Positions 28,815-32,000 of a DNA stretch of 32,000 nt are shown here, in pieces. Made by a program: the position numbers and the translations under genes. The notes beneath the pieces were generated by a model. It was not told the origin of the DNA, ran no database searches, and saw only the letters and a list, made by a program, of their open reading frames with translations. This DNA is from Caedibacter taeniospiralis (GTDB lineage Bacteria > Pseudomonadota > Gammaproteobacteria > Francisellales > Francisellaceae): positions 77,477 through 109,476 of the forward strand of contig NZ_PGGB02000001.1 of NCBI RefSeq assembly GCF_002803295.2. The letters are read 5' to 3'. How positions within the stretch are numbered: position 1 is the stretch's first letter; every line of letters begins with the position of its first letter.

Positions 28815-29887
28815 CATTCGCTAAATTCAACTTTAACTCCGGGCATATTAATCATCATCGCCTTCGGCAACTGGGCAATATCAACTGCCAGTTTTAATGC
28901 GATGTCAGCATAGGCTTTAGCAATCCTTGAATCACTATTTATTGCACTGGGTTGACCACGATCAGCATCTTCTCTTATGGCAATGTCTAAAGGTAACGCA
29001 CCCAGTACTGGAATGCTAAACTGCTGGCACAGCTTATCTGCTGCCTGTTCTCCAAAAATATGCGACTCATGCCCGCAGTTTTGGCAGGTGTGTGTACTCA
29101 TATTTTCAACAACACCCGCAACATAAATATCAAGTTTATTAAACATAGCTACCGCTCTTTTGGCATCAATAAGCGATAAATCCTGTGGGGTTGTAACGAT
29201 GATTGCTGCGGTCAATGGAATTTTTTTAGTCATCGTCAGCTGAATATCACCCGTGCCTGGAGGCAAATCAATAAAAAGATAATCAAGCTCACCCCAATGG
29301 GTGTCATTGAGCAATTGCATTAAGGCACCCGAAACCATGGGACCGCGCCAAATAATTGCTGAATTCTGATCGACAAGATTGCCCACAGAAATCATTTTGA
29401 CCCCGTGACATACAAGCGGCTCAATTTTTTTCTTATCATTCGTCACTGGATTGTTAATATTCCCCATAATAAGCGGCTGGCTTGGACCATAAATATCGGC
29501 ATCCAAAATCCCAATTTTCGCCCCCATCCGCGCAAGAGAAATGGCTAAATTAGCCGTTATCGTTGACTTACCAACGCCACCTTTTCCTGAAGCCACGGCA
29601 ATAATATTCTTAATTCCTTTTATTGGCTTGATACCTTGCTGCACCTTGTGCGTTAAAATCTCATTATGAATCACAAATTCAAAGGCTTGATTCATATTTT
29701 GAGCATATAAATAATCGCTTAGCTCTGAGGTAAGCTGCTCAATCTGCACAGTAGTTAATGGAACCCCCGGTTTTATATGGACATAAGCAGCTCCATCTTT
29801 CTCAATGACTTGTATCGAGTCTAAAAACACCGATGGAGATAAGCCAAAAATAAGCTGCTGATAAGCTTGTAAACACTGCTGTAGCAT
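28814..29887 (-). CDS. apbC: Iron-sulfur cluster carrier / Mrp-ApbC family P-loop ATPase
   Basis: GIKNIIAVASGKGGVGKSTITANLAISLARMGAKIGILDADIYGPSQPLIMG. Probable ATG at 29887 (MLQQCLQAYQQ); the track start is 29935. Confidence 0.92.
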   Translation of the reverse strand: MLQQCLQAYQQLIFGLSPSVFLDSIQVIEKDGAAYVHIKPGVPLTTVQIEQLTSELSDYLYAQNMNQAFEFVIHNEILTHKVQQGIKPIKGIKNIIAVASGKGGVGKSTITANLAISLARMGAKIGILDADIYGPSQPLIMGNINNPVTNDKKKIEPLVCHGVKMISVGNLVDQNSAIIWRGPMVSGALMQLLNDTHWGELDYLFIDLPPGTGDIQLTMTKKIPLTAAIIVTTPQDLSLIDAKRAVAMFNKLDIYVAGVVENMSTHTCQNCGHESHIFGEQAADKLCQQFSIPVLGALPLDIAIREDADRGQPSAINSDSRIAKAYADIALKLAVDIAQLPKAMMINMPGVKVEFSE

Positions 29888-29953
29888 AAGAAACAAATAA
29901 TAATTTAATTTAGATTTGCCGTAGTCTAACGCCAAGGCGCTTATTTTGCCAGG

Positions 29954-30598
29954 TTAAATTCGATATGCCAGGCTTGTCATGACTTTTGATTGCGCTTTCA
30001 TTACCAGCTTTGCCCATAGTGGAAATTCAGCCCCCCCAGCAAGTTTAGCTTTGTCAGCGTGCTCTTTTTCATCTTTATACATCTGCGTTAAAATAACTCG
30101 TGATTTTTCATCTTGCACTGGAAGTTCGCTTAAATGCGCCTCCAAATGTCGCATGACTTGCTTTTCAGTTTCAATCACAAAGCCATAGCTGATCTTATCA
30201 CTAATAAGCCCAGCTGTAGCGCCAATGGCAAACGATCCGATATACCATAATGGATTTAATAAACTCTTCCTGGCGTCAAGATCCTCTAGTCTGCCTTCAC
30301 ACCAGGATAAGTGGTTATATTCTTCCTCCGCAGCATGATGTAAACGCGCTTTAGTTTCGATCGATTTAGCTACAAAAGCCTGACCACGGTACAGCGCTTG
30401 CGCGCATATCTCACCGGTATGATCGACGCGCATAAGCCCTGCAACATGCTTTGACTCTTTGGCACTCAACGTTGATTCGTCAACTTCATGAGCAGGTGTT
30501 TCCATTATTGGGTTTTTAGCAGTCAGCACAACAGATTTCACAAAATGCTGCAGCTCCCCCAAACATTGATCTAGAAAAGAATAACGGCGTAATGGCAT
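29954..30598 (-). CDS. coq7: 2-polyprenyl-3-methyl-6-methoxy-1,4-benzoquinone monooxygenase (Coq7)
   Basis: 214 aa; LMRVDHTGEICAQALYRGQA, AAEEEYNHLSWCEGRL, YKDEKEHADKA. Confidence 0.94.
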   Translation of the reverse strand: MPLRRYSFLDQCLGELQHFVKSVVLTAKNPIMETPAHEVDESTLSAKESKHVAGLMRVDHTGEICAQALYRGQAFVAKSIETKARLHHAAEEEYNHLSWCEGRLEDLDARKSLLNPLWYIGSFAIGATAGLISDKISYGFVIETEKQVMRHLEAHLSELPVQDEKSRVILTQMYKDEKEHADKAKLAGGAEFPLWAKLVMKAQSKVMTSLAYRI

Positions 30599-30633
30599 AA
30601 TTTACTTCTTATCGGATCTTCCTCAGATACCTT

Positions 30634-32000
30634 TCATTCAACTAAAAAAAGCTCAGGCTTTTTACCCTTGCCGTCATCCTCCGTTTTACGAAATGGCAGG
30701 GTAAAAGAGAAGTAGCGACCTTCAAATAAATGTTCATTAAGATCTTCCCCGCCACAGAGTACGTCTGCATAGTGCATGGCTAAGGATACATCATACGCAA
30801 AATCATGCTTATCAAAGGCAACACGCGTTTGCGATTTATACACCATGTGTTCCGCACGGATCTCGTCCTCCTCCACTTCTACAAAGGGCAGGGGACCTTT
30901 AAAGTCAAAGGTCACGTAAAGTATATCATGATAGCCGTCTTCAGCGGTGATGCTTAAATGAATATCGTCTTTGCGTCTTTTTTTATCAATACCTTTGGTG
31001 TAGTTAGCAAATAAAGTCCTCAAAATATGCTGGAGTTTTCTATAGTCAACATCGAGCTTTTGTTTTGACTTTTCATCCATCTCATATGACACTTTCACAT
31101 CAAATTCAGCACTGATGCAGGACTCGGCAAGACCCACTTCAGTTTTAATCAGATTTTCCATGCGCAGTGGAATCTCATGTTTCTGATCAAAATACTTGAT
31201 ATTTTCTTCTGCACCAATAACGGTGCTATATAGCTTGTGATACATGGTGTACAGCTCAGACAGGCTTTCGTTCAGGATATAGAACTGATCATTGAGATCG
31301 TACTCAAGCTTGGCTGCAATATCGAGCCGCTTGAGTCGATGCTCAATCTCCGCGACTGCATTTGAAACTGCTTTAATAGAATCTACCCATTCGTAGCCTG
31401 CAGACTTCAGATAGCTGTGCTGAAATTGCAGTTTTTTCTCCAGCTGGTTTTTCTGGCGAATGGTTTCTTCCTGAAGTTTTTTGCGTTCGGTGATGTCAGT
31501 TGAAATACCACAAACACCAAAAATATTCTTATTTTCATCGTATAAAGGAGAAAGCACAACATCAAAGAAAACAGTTTCGCCAGTTTTTGGATTGACAACA
31601 CTTTCTTCGCAGTGTATTTGCTTTCCAGTTTGAATCACGCTTTTATGGTGAGCAATAATTTCCTCTGCCATTTCCTTGGGATGATTTTCCAATGGAGTTT
31701 TTCCTAAAACATTTTCAAGTTTCACGCCTGCACTTTTGAGTATAAACGTATTTGCTCCTATCAGTTTATGATTTAAGTCGCACCAATAAAAACCGCCTGG
31801 AATCTTTTCAGCAAACTCTTCGAATAAATGTTGTTGAAAGGCCAGTTGTTTTTCCAATTGCCCTTTTTGTCTTTTACGTTCGGTAATGTCAACAGAGATT
31901 CCACACGTACCGATAATGTTTTTATTTTCATCATATAATGGTGCAATAGCTGCATCGAACACTTTGGTTTCCCCTGTTGTTCTATCCACAATTGACTCCT
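30634..32000 (-). CDS. Tandem-PAS/PAC sensor protein with histidine-kinase-like C-terminus (5' end outside window)
   Basis: Two near-identical PAC units (TGETKVFDAAIAPLYDENKNIIGTCGISVDITERKR and TGETVFFDVVLSPLYDENKNIFGVCGISTDITERKK). Reading frame is open to the window edge (EESIVDRTTG), so the GTG at 31989 is probably not the true start. Confidence 0.8.
   Translation of the reverse strand, partial: ESIVDRTTGETKVFDAAIAPLYDENKNIIGTCGISVDITERKRQKGQLEKQLAFQQHLFEEFAEKIPGGFYWCDLNHKLIGANTFILKSAGVKLENVLGKTPLENHPKEMAEEIIAHHKSVIQTGKQIHCEESVVNPKTGETVFFDVVLSPLYDENKNIFGVCGISTDITERKKLQEETIRQKNQLEKKLQFQHSYLKSAGYEWVDSIKAVSNAVAEIEHRLKRLDIAAKLEYDLNDQFYILNESLSELYTMYHKLYSTVIGAEENIKYFDQKHEIPLRMENLIKTEVGLAESCISAEFDVKVSYEMDEKSKQKLDVDYRKLQHILRTLFANYTKGIDKKRRKDDIHLSITAEDGYHDILYVTFDFKGPLPFVEVEEDEIRAEHMVYKSQTRVAFDKHDFAYDVSLAMHYADVLCGGEDLNEHLFEGRYFSFTLPFRKTEDDGKGKKPELFLVE

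Overview
The 32 kb window reads as a chromosomal segment of a gammaproteobacterium (lineage is an inference from gene content), almost fully coding. No phage, IS transposase, CRISPR array, tRNA or rRNA was found. Left to right it holds: glmM start (-), glpX, a LysR regulator and a TDT/SLAC1 transporter (+); a tightly packed 8-gene minus-strand operon (12070 down to 4284); a PilX-like prepilin protein with tandem chitin-binding-like modules; coaBC-mutL; ilvE (-); a short str operon rpsL-rpsG-fusA-rpsJ lacking tuf; an HTH gene; yraN-prlC (-); an M50 protease plus an Mth938-like protein; a lipoprotein; a standalone thioester reductase; and mrp/apbC, coq7 and a tandem-PAS sensor protein (-). Best candidates for follow-up: (1) the operon combining a Cmk-AGE (CMP kinase + N-acylglucosamine 2-epimerase) fusion, a YqiA-like esterase, an ApeOPQR-like KS/DH/KR/KS set, DapF and an M14/AstE-like metallohydrolase; (2) an apparent 10-nt frameshifting deletion at the 3' end of the first ketosynthase gene of that operon; (3) a prepilin with chitin-binding-like modules; (4) an unannotated leucine-rich mini-ORF with a strong Shine-Dalgarno upstream of ilvE, a possible attenuation leader; (5) an HTH gene whose expected start codon is ACG; (6) palindromic/MITE-like elements that touch gene stop codons.
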